Origin: Piromyces finnis finn
Taxonomy: Eukaryota; Fungi; Neocallimastigomycota
NCBI GenBank assembly: GCA_002104945.1
Contig: MCFH01000056.1
Location: 248,001 to 312,000, forward strand
DNA: 64,000 nucleotides
Direction of reading: 5' to 3'
Within the stretch, counting starts at the first letter, position 1. Each line of letters starts with the position of its first letter. The notes under the pieces were generated by a model. It saw only the letters and a program-made list of their open reading frames with translations. It made no database searches and was not told the origin of the DNA. A program made the position numbers and the translations under genes. Below are positions 1 to 13,981 of this stretch, in pieces.

Positions 1-1412
1 ATTATTGTCTTTTAGAAAAAAAAACTTTTTATTTATAAATTAAGTTTTATATAGTTTATATAATAATTCCAATAATTTTATTTTATTGAAAATGCTTCCA
101 GTTACAAAAATACATAAATATAAGCTTATTAATGTAAAAAGTAGTTTAGCTCAAAATAATTGAAAGATATTAAAATTAATTACTTTATACATGCCAACTA
201 CACTTTTACTATATTGAATTTCAATTAAATAATAAAAAAAAAATTAGGAAAAGTGTTTTATTTAAATAATGATAAAAAGAAAAGAAAAAAAATTAAATAA
301 TGAAATGTTAAAAAAAATATAAAAATATTTATTATTATTTATTATTCATAGACACATAAATAAACCTAGAAATGGTTAAAATTTTTAAATAAAAATAAAG
401 TTTCAAGATTAAAGTAAACAAAGCAGGGTTAGATGTTGTTCATGTCAACATATATAATTTATGATATAGAGAACTATTATTATTTACATGATTTTATACT
501 AATGTAATTGTAATTAACATTTAATACATATTCATATAGTCTTGACATTTTGAATCCTTATTATTATTATATTTAATAAAGTTATTTTATATATATTGTA
601 TTATGTTCATATTTAAAAAAAAAGGTGCAATATTCAATATATTGTTTAAACAATAAATTAAAATATTAATAAAAAATATATATATGGATATTTTATTTTA
701 TTTTATAATTATAAATGTTTATAAGGTTAAAAAGCAATTAAAGAAAATTTTTTTATTCATAAATTAATTTTTTAAATAAAAATAAAATTAAAAAAAAATT
801 TTTTTAAAAAAATTTTATAAATAAGAAAATAAGACTTTTCAGGAAAATTAAAATTTGAAATGAATAAAGAATTAATTAAACTTTAATAACCAAAATTTAA
901 CTATAATTTAAAGAAAATAAAAAAATAAAAAAAAACAGTATTTATTTATTATTTTCATTTTTAATATTGATATTTAGAAATGAAATAAAATTATGAAATT
1001 TAAAAACAATATTTTATTTACACTATTATTACTACTTATTTTTAAATTAAAATGGGTTGTTAGTTCCTCTGAAATTAACAAAAATAATGCTGCAAAAGAG
1101 GTAATTATTATTATTATTTGTTTGAAATTATAAAATATATATATTGTAGTTATTAAAATAAATAATTGTATTAATTAAATATTTATATAGGAGGATAAAT
1201 ATAAAGATATTAATTAAAAAATAACCATATTTGAAGAAGGACAGAACAAATGGAATTCAGACTGGCTTGAATATTCATGTTCAGTAGGAGAATATGATAA
1301 AATTGATAATGGAATAATTATAGTTACACTACTTTATATGGCTGAATTTTCATTGCAAAGTAAAACTTTAAATTCACAGTATGGTTATCTTACTTTTGAC
1401 TTTAAACTTGAA

Positions 1413-1514
1413 CCTGCTGATAATAAAACTATAGATTTATTGGCATTTGATTATGATGGAAACCCTGCTGATAATAAAACTATAGATTTATTGGCATTTG
1501 ATTATGATGGAAAC
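1413..1514 (+). repeat. Exact 51-bp in-frame tandem duplication (PADNKTIDLLAFDYDGN x2)
   Basis: 1413-1463 is identical to 1464-1514. Confidence 0.95.
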
Positions 1515-1829
1515 AACGGTTATGATTACGTTAACCAAGGAAGATATAATTATAACGTATGTATATATACTATTTTTTCATTTAATAATAAATTAAAAAC
1601 ATTAATTGAAATATAAAATGTTTTCTTGTACTTATTATGTTTATTGTATAAAAACAAGGGTTCTGATTGGATTAACATCAATCAAGAAATTAAAAATCAC
1701 AGTAAAAATGCTTACATTAAATTAATAAATAGATTTGCTTGGCATAATGGTAATGAGGGAAATGAAATTACATTATATCTTAAAAATATTTATTATTATG
1801 ATATAAATGTTGATATGAATGATGATAAT

Positions 1830-2240
<411 letters not shown>

Positions 2241-2809
2241 ATGACGAAAATGATTATGATTATGATTTTAATAATTTTTATCAAAATTGTAAAAATTCTA
2301 TTTTAATTGACAGAAAAAATATCAAGTGGTTTAGTATTGATAAATATAAAAAATAATGCAACAAGCTATAATAATTTGTACAATAACTTTTATTATTTAA
2401 TAGTTTTATATTCTTTAAAAAAAAAAAAAAGAAAAAAAAATAAAAATTTTTATTATTATTTATTTTGAAACCTTTATGTATTATAATAAATAAATAAATA
2501 GTATAAAAAATTATTATTTATTTTGATGATATTGTAATTATTGTCAAAGATAAAATGCCTTTTTTTTTAAAGTATGTATAAATTCACACATATTATATTT
2601 TTTGAAAAAAAATAAAAAATTTAAAAGTTTTTAAATTATAAAGATCAAAATAAAACAAAAGAAATTAATATTTCAATAAAGTTAGTTATAAAAATAATAA
2701 ATTATTTACATTATTATATTTAAAAGAAAAAATAAATAATTATAAATATCTTTCTTTATTAGGGTTGACTTTGAAAACTAAAAAAAAAGAAAATTTGTTC
2801 TATTTATAT

Positions 2810-4400
2810 TTGAAGTTTTATCAATGATATTTTAAATAAATGTGAAAGGCTTGTTGTTAGTTTAAAAAATAAACGTTGCTGTGGTGGCCTTTTTATTGAT
2901 GACATTGTTCTGATTGCTCTTAACAAGAAGAACCTTCAAAAGATGTTTAATCTAGTACTCGATTGGGCTAAATTAAATGAAATGTCTTTTTTTGGAATAA
3001 ATAAGTATGTATGCAACTATATGCAACTACTGTTGTTAAACCTATTAACTTTAATAGATCCCCTAGTTATGTAGACCCAACATTTTACATCAGTATGTAC
3101 TATATTCCAAAGGCTTCTTGCTATACTTATCTTGGAATCCCTTTCGATGAAGATCTTTCTCTGACTCCTCTTCTATCTAATATGTACAAAAAAGTTCAGA
3201 AATCTTTATTCTCTTTCAAGAGCTTTCTTACCAACAATTATATTCCTACTGGTTTAAAAAATATAGTTATTCATTCCTATATTTTAAGTAAAGTTTCTTA
3301 TTATTTCTCCATTATTTGGTTCCAACAAAAATAGAACTCGCAGTGTCCAATCTCTTATCAATACTGCTGTTCTTTGGAGTGTCAATAGCTTTCACAATAA
3401 AAGTTTTAATAACAAAGATTTTGTTTTTGAACAAAATTCATTTATTGGCCTGTATGCTCTTACAAGAGATATGAAGATTCCTACCCTTTCAGGTATTTGT
3501 GCTGTGCAATAAGTGAAATGCTTTGTTAAATGGAGAAAATCAAACTGTATTATTAAAGATCTCGTCAGATCTATTCCTCCTATGTCTCATTACTCTTGGG
3601 CCAAAGAATCTTGTTCACTACATAAGAAACTTATGAAAATAAATATTAAAAGTACTAAAGATATTAGAGAAAATTATTGGAAAAATAGTAGCCTAAATAA
3701 TGGAAGTAAAGCCATCAGATATACTAACAGCAAATTCCTTAATTCAAATCGCCTAATGTATATCGGTCTCAACAAACCTCACTTAAATTTAGGAATTACC
3801 TGGATTATTCGTATTCGATGCGGTTATGAAAACACTATCAGAATTGCTAATACCAGTAATAGAGTTACACCTGACTATCCTTGTGTCTGTCCATGTTGTA
3901 GATAGGATGAACAATCTTTTTATCATTGAACTTTAGAATGTCCTGCAATTCTCTGAATACAAAACTTTTTCACTTAGCTTTCTTGACGATCTTTTTACCC
4001 TTTTTTACAATAAATATAAGAACCAATTCATCCATACTTACTCCCTGAAATGGAAGTAAGAAAACAATTTATAACTATATCTTTATGTTCCTTCTTGGTG
4101 GAACTTTAGCTTATGATGAGTTACAAATCGATAAGGCGAAAGAAAGACATTTAAATGAACAGCTTTACAGTTCATCGGGGTCTCATGTTCCATATGCAGA
4201 GGGTCTTGCGGCTTTTCTTACTAAAACAATCCTTATCATTAGTAGCTAAATGAAGCTATTTTTTAATAGGTTTAGTAAGACCCTAACGTAATCAAGAGCG
4301 CCGACGTCGTACCGATATGGCAAAGGAACATTCCTAATGTTCCGTACACAAGGTTCAATGTTAATATTTCTTCGAATGAAAACATTATAAGCTCATGGGA
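2810..4400 (+). mobile_element. 5'-truncated degenerate LINE (RT C-terminal half, Cys/His knuckle, 3' end)
   Basis: CCGGLFIDDIVL RT motif near 2875, YTYLGIP, IRIRCGY...CPCCR..H...C; many stops and frameshifts; same family as 31860-32470. Confidence 0.85.
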
Positions 4401-4859
4401 GTTTAGTGGACACCACACTATCATATCTAATGTTACTTCTTTTTTTTTTTATTTCATTTAATTTATTAGGTAGAGACCAATCCTACACAGTACGAATTAC
4501 AGAGTTCATTGAACTTTTATGCAACTTTAATAATCATTTTATTTTATTTTATATTTATATTTATATATATATATATTTTATTATTTTTATTTATTATTTA
4601 TTATATCAATATCAATATGTATTATCACCTAATATTATGTAATATCACTAATTAAATAAGTAAATAAATAAAAGATGTGTATTCTCTTCCTAGTCTAAAA
4701 AAAAATTTAAAGTTTTAAGTGTTTTTTATAATTAAATTTAATTACTTAAAAATCAATTTTACTATATAATTAATAACATTTTGACCTGGCTGTATTACTA
4801 AACCCTAAAACTTTACAAAAATACATTTTTTTGTATTATGTATAGATGTATAGGTTTAA

Positions 4860-5400
4860 AAAATATAATATATATTCAATTATATTTTCGTTTACTACTA
4901 TTGAGGCGTAGTATAAAGATGTTTTATTATTATTATCTTTTATTTTAACATCCAACACTCTATCTTCAACAAGATATTTAACAAGATTAACATTTTCATT
5001 TTGTGCTTGAAATGCAAAAGATAATGGTGTTTTCTAGTAATTTTTAACATTTATTTGTGCTTTTTTTTTTCTTATTGAATATTTAACTATTTCCTCTTTT
5101 CCTTTTTTTTTAAATGCATAATGTAATGGTGTTTTTCCATTTTTATTTTGAGTATTTACTTTTGCTCCTCTTTAATTAAATACTTAATTATACCTTTATT
5201 TTCTTGTGTGCATTCATAATGTAATAGTGTCCATATGCTTTCATTTTAAATATTTGTGTCTGATCTTTTTTAAATTGAATATTTAACAATATTAATATTA
5301 TTTTTTTTTCTTGGTATGTAAATTTTAATGGAGTATCTCTCTTTTTTTTATTATTAAATTTTATATTAACATTTGATTTTTGTTCCATTAAATATTCTAA
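4860..5400 (-). pseudogene. Degenerate ankyrin-repeat sequence
   Basis: Minus strand reads GAKVNTQNKNGKTPLHYA, VKYLVEDRVLDVKIKDNNNKTSLYYA; frameshifted. Confidence 0.7.
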
Positions 5401-5759
5401 ATTATTATTTTCTTAGTTAAATGAACAATATAATAAATCTTGTCTATCATTATTATGAATATTAAATTTTTTTTTCAATCAAATATTTAATATTACTAGC
5501 ATTTTCTTTTTGTGTTTGACTCATTTTTCAGAGTATCATCCGAAAGTCAATGAGAGTCATTGAGACTCTTAATTAGTAGAAGTTATTAGTTTAGATTTTA
5601 TAATTATTTCAACTTTATTAATATGATTTATGATAAAGAGCTACTATAATGTATACACATCTAATATCTAATTTATATACTTTGATATATTATCACAAAG
5701 TAATATAATACAAATTAGCATTACAATAAAATATAACAAATCTACATTTAATAATTCAT

Positions 5760-6100
5760 GAATGAATACATTACGCTTATAAAAATATAAGTGGAAATAT
5801 GTGAAATATTTAATTGATAAAGATGCAGTTGTAAATACTAAAAATATAGATGGATTTACTCCTTTACATTTTGTGTGACGGGCAGTAAAAGAAAATGACA
5901 ATAGAGTTAAATGTTTAATTGATAATGGAAAAAAGAAACGGATATTAATAACTAAGATGATAATAATTGGACTCCATTACATTATACTTGTAAAAAAGGA
6001 TGTGAAAATTTTGAAAAAGAATTTGATAATAGTTAATATAGGTATAAACAATGATCGTGAAATACCAACACATATTTCATTTCAAAAAAAAGCAATGAAA
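5760..6100 (+). pseudogene. Degenerate ankyrin-repeat sequence
   Basis: VKYLIDKDAVVNTKNIDGFTPLHF*, DDNNWTPLHYTCKKG; stops and frameshifts. Confidence 0.75.
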
Positions 6101-6482
6101 ATATGAAAACTAGTTTAACTATAATACATTGTTATAATTACTTTAATATATATTTATGAAAATACGTGCCTATCCGATTGATATATTTTTTATGTTATGA
6201 TATAAAATATAAATTATAAACCTTAATTATTATAAATTGGTAAATTTATAATATAAATCTTGAGTTTATATTTGTGGCGTATATTTAAATGATGATTATC
6301 ACGATAAATTCTTGTACATAAATAAATGTTATTCCTTATTTTATTAAATAACAAAATGTTATGTTAATAAAATGACTTGATAAAAAAAATAATTATATGA
6401 CACAAATAAAAATTTAATTATTAATTTACAACTTTTATTGTTATTTTTTGTTATATTATAAAATATTATAATATAATCTACT

Positions 6483-7641
6483 TTACAATAAATTTAACAA
6501 ATCATTAATATTTTGTGCCATTAATTTATTTCCTAGGGATGTTATATGAGTATCTCTCCAAAAGTAATTATTCATATATTTCTTTTTATTCCAATTCCAA
6601 CGTGTTTTACAATTCTTAAATCCATAATTTCTGCAATTTTTATATACATCGTCACAAAATTCTTCCGTATTATAAATAAAAATGTTTGTATCTGGATGAT
6701 TTTCAAAAAACTCTATTCCTTTTATTTCTAATAAATTATTAAAATATTCCATTAAGTATTTATTATCAAATCTACATGCTTTACAATAAGGATAAATTTT
6801 AAAAATTAAAAAATTTCTTGCACCAGCATTATATAGATCTTCAATAACTTTAAAATAACTTTCGGAAAATGATTCTATATCCAATGTTTTATTGTGATTT
6901 TCAAAAAGAAATTCTGGTTTTACATCATTAAAACCTAAATTTGTTGCAAACAGTGAATCTTGATAATTCCATCTATTAGAAAATGGTCCTCCTTGACACA
7001 TATTATTAAAGAAAAGATTATATTGTTTTTTAAAATCCAATTTTTCATAATATGAGACATTAGAACTTCTTACACTATTTTATTACATTAATTAAAATTA
7101 TTAAAATATATATTTTAATAATTTTACGAAAAATTTGTAAAACATATATTTAATATAATAATTCCTATTACAGATTTTCATTAATAACTGAACCTCCTTT
7201 TCCATAATTCCATAATGTCATATTATGAATATCAATAAAATGTAAAGGCCAATTTTTACCACCTGAACAATTCTAATTAAATATTTTTTATTTTTTGTTA
7301 AATAAATAAATTTCATAATAATACAATAATTAATATTTAATATAATATTACTTTTCCTGTATAAGTCATATCTGTATAATTTGTAGTTACTTGTGAATGT
7401 GAATCACTATTTTTTTTATGAGATAAATATAAAAAAAAAAAGATAAATAAATGAATAAATATATATAAATAAATATTAAAATTCTATTACCCAAATACAA
7501 TTAAATTAGATATTTTGGAATAATCAAAAATTGTTGTATTCGATAATAATACATATAACTCCCCCCCGAATTCATTTTTATCTTTTTAGCAAAAGATGAT
7601 ATTACTAATACAAAATCGAGTAAAAAATATTTAATTCTCAT
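6483..7641 (-). CDS. Secreted SGNH/GDSL hydrolase (CE16-like acetylesterase or lipase), multi-exon, one apparent frameshift in a G-run
   Basis: Signal-like MRIKYFLLDFVLVISSFA. Block I NLIVFG|DSHS is split by an intron; block II WNYGKGGSV; block III LGFNDV; LYNAGARNFLI; block V WRDTH. Exon 1 needs one more G at the G7 run (7561-7567). Confidence 0.8.
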
Positions 7642-9310
7642 TTTCAAAATTTATATAAAATTTTAAAATAAATATATATATATAGAATATTGTTTTTATT
7701 ATAAAATTCAAAAAGTACTTATTTTTTAAAAAAAAAAAGATATATGTTATTATATATATTTATTCCAAAATATATCAGAATATATATATATATATTAAAA
7801 TTAAATACTTCAATTTCATTGAATTTAATGTATTTATACTAATTACTTTTAATCATATTAATGAATATAATTATATTGTTATATAAAAAGTAAACGTAAC
7901 TAATTTTAAATATTTAATAAAATTAAAATAATACTAACTCATTAATTTTTTTTATTATATTTATAATATTAATGATAATATTAAATACAGAAAACTTTTT
8001 TAAATTTTAATTTTAAAATATAAAGTTTTTATAATTTTGTTAATTTTATTATTATATTAAAGAATATAAATATTAAAGTATAATAAACTTACATATGTTC
8101 TTTTATAAAAATACTTACCTTTAATAAACTTTATTATCTTATAAATAAAGGATATAAAATCTAGTAATTTATAATAATTATATTTATTAATATAAAAGTT
8201 TTATTATTTTTTAAGAACTAATTAAATTATTTTTGTTGAATGTTTAATAATCATTAGTAAAAGCTAATTATAATAAAATATTTTCACCAAATAAATTATA
8301 AATAAAGTTACTATAATATAAAAGAAACATATTCAACAAGTATATCACATGTATTAATAAATATATGATATATATAAATAAAAGAATGTTTATAATTTTT
8401 CACAAATAAATATTGAAAATAATATGTAGTGTAGGAGATTTTTTATAATGTATAATGTATTGAAAATGTAATAAAAATTATAAATTGGTAAATATAGAAT
8501 TTAGTATCTTTTAAGCATATATTAGAAATAGGAAATCATTAACTTTTATTAATCTCATATTATATATTTCTATTATTATATGTGAAAAGTTATATAAATT
8601 TTAATATTATAATAGTAGAAATAGGAGCCGAATAATTCATAAAATGACAAATAATTAAAATAATAAAATTTATTAAAAGTAAATTTAAAACTCTCCTATA
8701 AAACATTTGCAAATATAATTTTATAACTGAGCCTAGAGGAAGATAATTGAAATTAGGATATATTAATTATATAATAATTAGTGTTTTAAAGAAAAATTTT
8801 AAAAATAAAAGTTGATAAGAATTTCTAATTAAAGTTTAAAATTTTTATTTTTTATTAATGTTATAAATTTACCCTTTATAAAGTTTATTTATTATGTTTA
8901 TAAAAATTAATAAAGGTAATTACAAAGATTTTAATACATTTACAATTTCTTTTTATACCTAAAATATCTAAAATATGTGGTTAATGTTAATTAGAAATCC
9001 TTTACATTACAATTATTCTACGAAACATTACATTAGTAGTTTACATTATAATTTTATTATTAATTAAAGTTTAATATTAGTAATAACTATATTCTTTCAA
9101 TATTATTCGCTAATTAATTTAAAAAATTTATATAACTTCGTTTTTAAGGATAAACCCTTTGTATAATTGGGTAATTTTAAAGTTTAAAATTTTTGGATTG
9201 GATATTCATAAATTATTATACCATCCATTAAGGATTGAAAAGCCTTCTGATTTTACTTACCCTATATTATTATATTTTGATAATCCCTCTGAAATTTACA
9301 AATAATTATA

Positions 9311-9465
9311 GACAACACATGGTTTATCTCTTTGATTTTACGTCCTTATGACAACTCATGGTTTTCCTCTTTGGTTTTACGTTCTCTTAACAACTCATGG
9401 TTAATCTTCTTAGTTTTACGTTCTTCGGACAACCCATGGATAACTCTCTGGTTTTATGTCCTTAT
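9311..9465 (-). repeat. Four degenerate 39-bp tandem units (13-codon repeat, ERKTKEINHELS-like)
   Basis: Units start at 9311, 9350, 9389 and 9428. Confidence 0.8.
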
Positions 9466-10222
9466 AATTACAATTTCCTTTAGAATATTAGCTTAATTGT
9501 ATTTCAATATATTTTGTAAAATACCAATTAATAATGATAAAATTTTAATTAAATTCTTAATAGTTAATTAATTTATGTATATTGAATTTTTACATTTTCT
9601 TTTAGGTGTTTTTCCTTCCTTTTATGACTTTGTATTGATTAATTATTTTTATATTATTTAAGAATATTTTAATTTTCCTTTTAGATTTAGTTCTATTTAC
9701 GCATTAAATCTTTCATATGTATTCTAATTTTAGTTTTAAAATCGTTCTTTCATACATTAAGCTTTAGTTTCTATATAATATTTTAATTTCTTCCAATGTT
9801 TAACTAGAAACAAATATTGTTTTCTTGAATTTTAAATTTTTGTTTACTACTTCCCCCTCAAATTTAGATGTTTAGTAATAAATATTTAGATTTGAAAATG
9901 AGAAATTTAAATTTCATAAAATTTCATTGAATAAATTTTCATAACATATACGATAAGTATTAATTCCTAAACTATTATTAATAATTATCTATGAATATAA
10001 CTTATTTCACGCTAAGTTAAATCATGATAAGTTGTTAAAATATTATTGAGTACACCTATTTCAGGCTAGGTTATTCAAAATATATATATGTAGAATATGC
10101 TTATTTCACGCTAAGCATTTCTAACTTTAATAAATTACCTCATTTGAAATATTTGCTATGTATATTAGCAATAACAGCCTAAGGGATGAGCATTTGACCA
10201 GTAATATATTTGCTTTATAGGT

Positions 10223-10519
10223 AGCAATAACTTTAATAATGCTTTTGAGGCTAAATATTATCTTAAAGTATTGTTATAATGATTTAATTCAAAGAGTAAT
10301 ATACTGGATAATAATCTGAAAGATATTATCATAAAGAAGTAGTTTGTTATTTTCACAAGGATAATTTCAATTCTTATTGTATAATTTAATTGCAATAGGA
10401 TATTTTATATATACTTATCAAATAATAGTTAATTATTCTAGTTCTTGTTTCTAATTGTAAAATAAAGTATTTTCTTTCTATTCTATCTTTTCGCCATAGG
10501 GGAAAGATAGAATAGAAAG
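10223..10519 (+). repeat. Dispersed repeat ending in a 17-bp-stem hairpin (second copy 47996-48275)
   Basis: Starts agcaataactttaataatgcttttgaggc in both copies; arms 10474-10490 and 10503-10519 are perfect reverse complements. Confidence 0.85.
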
Positions 10520-12244
10520 AAAATTAAAATTACGGTGATTTTAGAAACCTCATATATAAATCGCCACTTTCAACGTAGTGAGTGATCGCCGACTAATTAG
10601 CTGACATTCTAATTAACCGAGCCGACTTCGATATAGTTTAGAAGGATTTTATTCTCTTCAACTATTGATACTGTAAATGTCGTTATCTTACCATATTAAC
10701 TTGTTATAATTTTACTGGTATATCTACTTATTTTAATTTGAAGTAAAGAAATAAATATTTGAGGAATATTTTATTCATTTGTTTGATTTTTTAATGATCA
10801 TTACATCATTAAAATTTATTATCATGAAAATATTATTTTACAATATTTTAAAGGATAGACAATTGAGAAAAATGAATGAATGAAAACATTAGAATGTGCA
10901 AGAAGCATTTTAATAATAATTATTCTCCAGTCTATTCATACAAATGAGACTTATTTAATCATTAGTTATTCAATGATATGGCTGAAACTCTATGGATTAT
11001 ACATCTACATTATTATTTTACATTACATATTGTTATATTTGTCAAATATTTACATTACATTATTTTACATTGTAGAATTAATTAATATTAAAATTCAAAT
11101 TATATACATATTATTTTTATATCATATCTTATTATGTAACTGTAATATTTACATTGAAACCTTTTCTCTTTGTTAACTTATTAATAAAATTAACTTTATT
11201 TCACATTGATAATGTTTATTTAATTGAAATAATATAAATGTATAAATGTTTATTTTATTTATTTATCTATTTCATAAGTGTATGGCTTATTAATGGACTG
11301 TGAATATTAAACTATTGTTAATGCTTATAGTTTTTAATTATAATAATATAATAATGGTATAATATATTGGAAATAAATAAAAAGTAATAATAATGAAATA
11401 GAAGTATTTTTTTTTGAAATAATTTATAATAAATTTAAAAAATGTAATAAAAGATATATAACCAATTTACACATTTTAGGTATAAATGTATATTATATTT
11501 CATTTAGAGATAAATTAATTGTAATTGTAGAATATTATTAAGTTTTAGAAAGGCAAAACAACACCTATTGTTTAATAATAATAAAAGAAAGAGTTTATTA
11601 TATTTGTTTTTTATGCTTTAAGTAAAAAAGTACATTTATAAATATTTTAATCAAAAAAAGTAAAAAGAAAAACTTTAAAAAATCATAAAATTACAATTAT
11701 GAATTAAAAAACATTTTTTGAATAAATTGTTTTTAATATATATTTATTATTTTTTATTTTATTTTATATATCATTACTATTTATTATAGTTTCTTATTGA
11801 TTATTATTTTAAAAATATATTTTAAAATTCCCATATAAATAAATGAATATTATATAAATAATAAATAAATACAATGGAATATAAAAATTTTACAATAAGT
11901 TTGAATTTAACTTTATCCCAAAAATAATATAGCACAAATTCTTTATTTAATAATGAATATTAATATAATTATTAAAGGTTACACAAAATAATGAAAATAA
12001 CGAAAATAACACAATTAAGATTTATTTTTTTATTTAAAAACTTTACTAATAAAATCAATTTATGTAATGAATTATTTACATCAATGATAAAAAATGTTTC
12101 GTTCTATAACAATTTACAATTTTTGCTTTTTAGTTTGTGGACTAAAGTTTTTTTATCTTTTTTCAAATATATTTGAAATAAAATTAAAAAAAAATTAATA
12201 TTTGTCATTATATAATGATTTTATAAAATGATATTTTTAATTAC

Positions 12245-12872
12245 CTGGATCTGTAAATAATAATTCGATAATGATTTAAAAATAATAAATATTATACATA
12301 TATAAATGTTAATAAAAGGATTTAAGCAACAGCAACAACAACAATAATATATATGCAAACCTGAAAAGATTTTTTTTTATTTTCCTGACGTTCATCTGGA
12401 TGTCTTCTTTTATTTTTCTTGCCAGGAGATGACTTGAAATCAATTGTGATTGTACCAGACATATATGAAATATTAATTGAAGTCATGTCTAATACATCTA
12501 TATCTACATCTTTATTCTCATTTTCATTAATTTGTTTTCCTTTATTTCTTTCTTTTTCTTTTTCTTCTTCGTAGACGTCTAAATCAATAATATTATTATT
12601 AATATTGGTAGTGGTAGGAGAAGAGGCAACTACAGTAGAAAAGGGAGTACTATCAGTAGTTGAATCTGTAGCAGGAGTAGTTGTAGTAGTATTGAAACTA
12701 TTGTAAATGTCATTCTATAAAAATAAAATAAAAAAAAAATTAATATATAATAAATAAATAATTTGAATAATTTTGAATCATATTAAAAATTATTAATTAC
12801 TTTCAATAAGTTAGGAACCTCAGGCATTAAGAATTTACTAAGTGAACTATCACGTGAAGAGTCTTTCCACAT
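12245..12872 (-). CDS. Uncharacterised spliced gene (Ser/Thr-rich, acidic and basic tracts) with a 6-nt micro-exon; last exon unresolved
   Basis: Exon 12872-12801 (MWKDSSRDSSLSKFLMPEVPNLLK), exon 12714-12361 (118 open codons ending KKNKRRHPDERQENKKKSFQ), micro-exon 12250-12245 ATCCAG flanked by AG and GT. Confidence 0.6.
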
Positions 12873-13588
12873 TTCTTATTTACACTTTACTATGATATTC
12901 ATATAAATTTTTATTATATTAAAAAAATTAATTGCAAAAATATATTTTTATTATTATTATTCTTTTACTTACAGTCAATACTTCTTAAAAAAACTGTTTA
13001 ATAAAATTTATTTATTATTTTTAAATTTAACAAATAATGGAAAAAAAAAGTTATATTTCTCTCTATATATATATTTTGTATTTTGTTTTCTTATTTTCAT
13101 AAAAAAAAAATAAAATTATTAAAAATAAATTGATTCCTATTTTTAGTTATATGAATATAATTTTATTTAATATAACTTCATTTTAAAATTATTAAATACA
13201 TAATATATATATAATATAATATATACTATATTTGAGATTTTATTTGAATATTCTTAATATTAATTATTTAGTTTTTAAATAAATTCATATGACAATAATA
13301 ATGTTTAAAAATATAAACAAAAAAATAATTAAAATTTATATTTTATTTATGTTATTGTGCTTGATTATTATTATTAATATTATTATTATTATTATATTTT
13401 GTCTTTTATATGATAAATTATTTATTTCTAATATTAAAATTATTATTTTTTATTGATAATATATAATGTATATAAATATTCCTTTTTACTTTTTATTTTA
13501 TACTGTATATCACTTATATTACCTACCAATCCCTCTTGGTAAATAGGTAAATGCTTTAAATATTGTCATTTTCATTTTTGTTACATAG

Positions 13589-13981
13589 TCAATATTTCAA
13601 GCATTGTCTTTTTTTATTTTGCCATAAAATAAATAGCTAAAAAGGAAATATTTATGTTTAATATAGAATATCACTTGATGTCGTTTGATTTACTATAGAG
13701 TAATTATATAAAAATAAAAAGCAATATTATATTATAGACATACTCTAATATATTTATATTTATGATTTATTAGGCTTCTGACTTTTGACTTGTTATTTGT
13801 GAACTAATTTCATGCAGTGTGTTTTAGAGTAATAAATTAATATGAAACCAATCATTTAAAATAATAATATGAATCGAATAAAACTTTAAAGCAAATATTT
13901 CTTATTTAAATTTAGTTGGACTATATTTCATTAGTATATTAAAATACTCAATTTTATTCATTTTTATGTATCTTTTACCAT
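13589..13981 (-). pseudogene. Possible degenerate paralogue of HD-A
   Basis: ATG|GTAAAAG start-only exon; intron GTATGTCTATAA...CTCTATAG resembling HD-A intron 2; YS..KL..SQKPNK in register with HD-A YS..EL..NQRPSR; last exon LFILWQNKKR; several stops. Confidence 0.35.

Noticed and set aside
9311-9465. CRISPR-like regular repeats
   Set aside because: The units are contiguous and degenerate with no unique spacers, the context is eukaryotic, and there are no cas genes.
10880-11176. 98-aa hydrophobic ORF and similar short Ile/Tyr/Phe-rich ORFs (4406, 11991, 17377, 54113)
   Set aside because: Composition is what AT-rich non-coding DNA gives by chance; no motifs or splice support.
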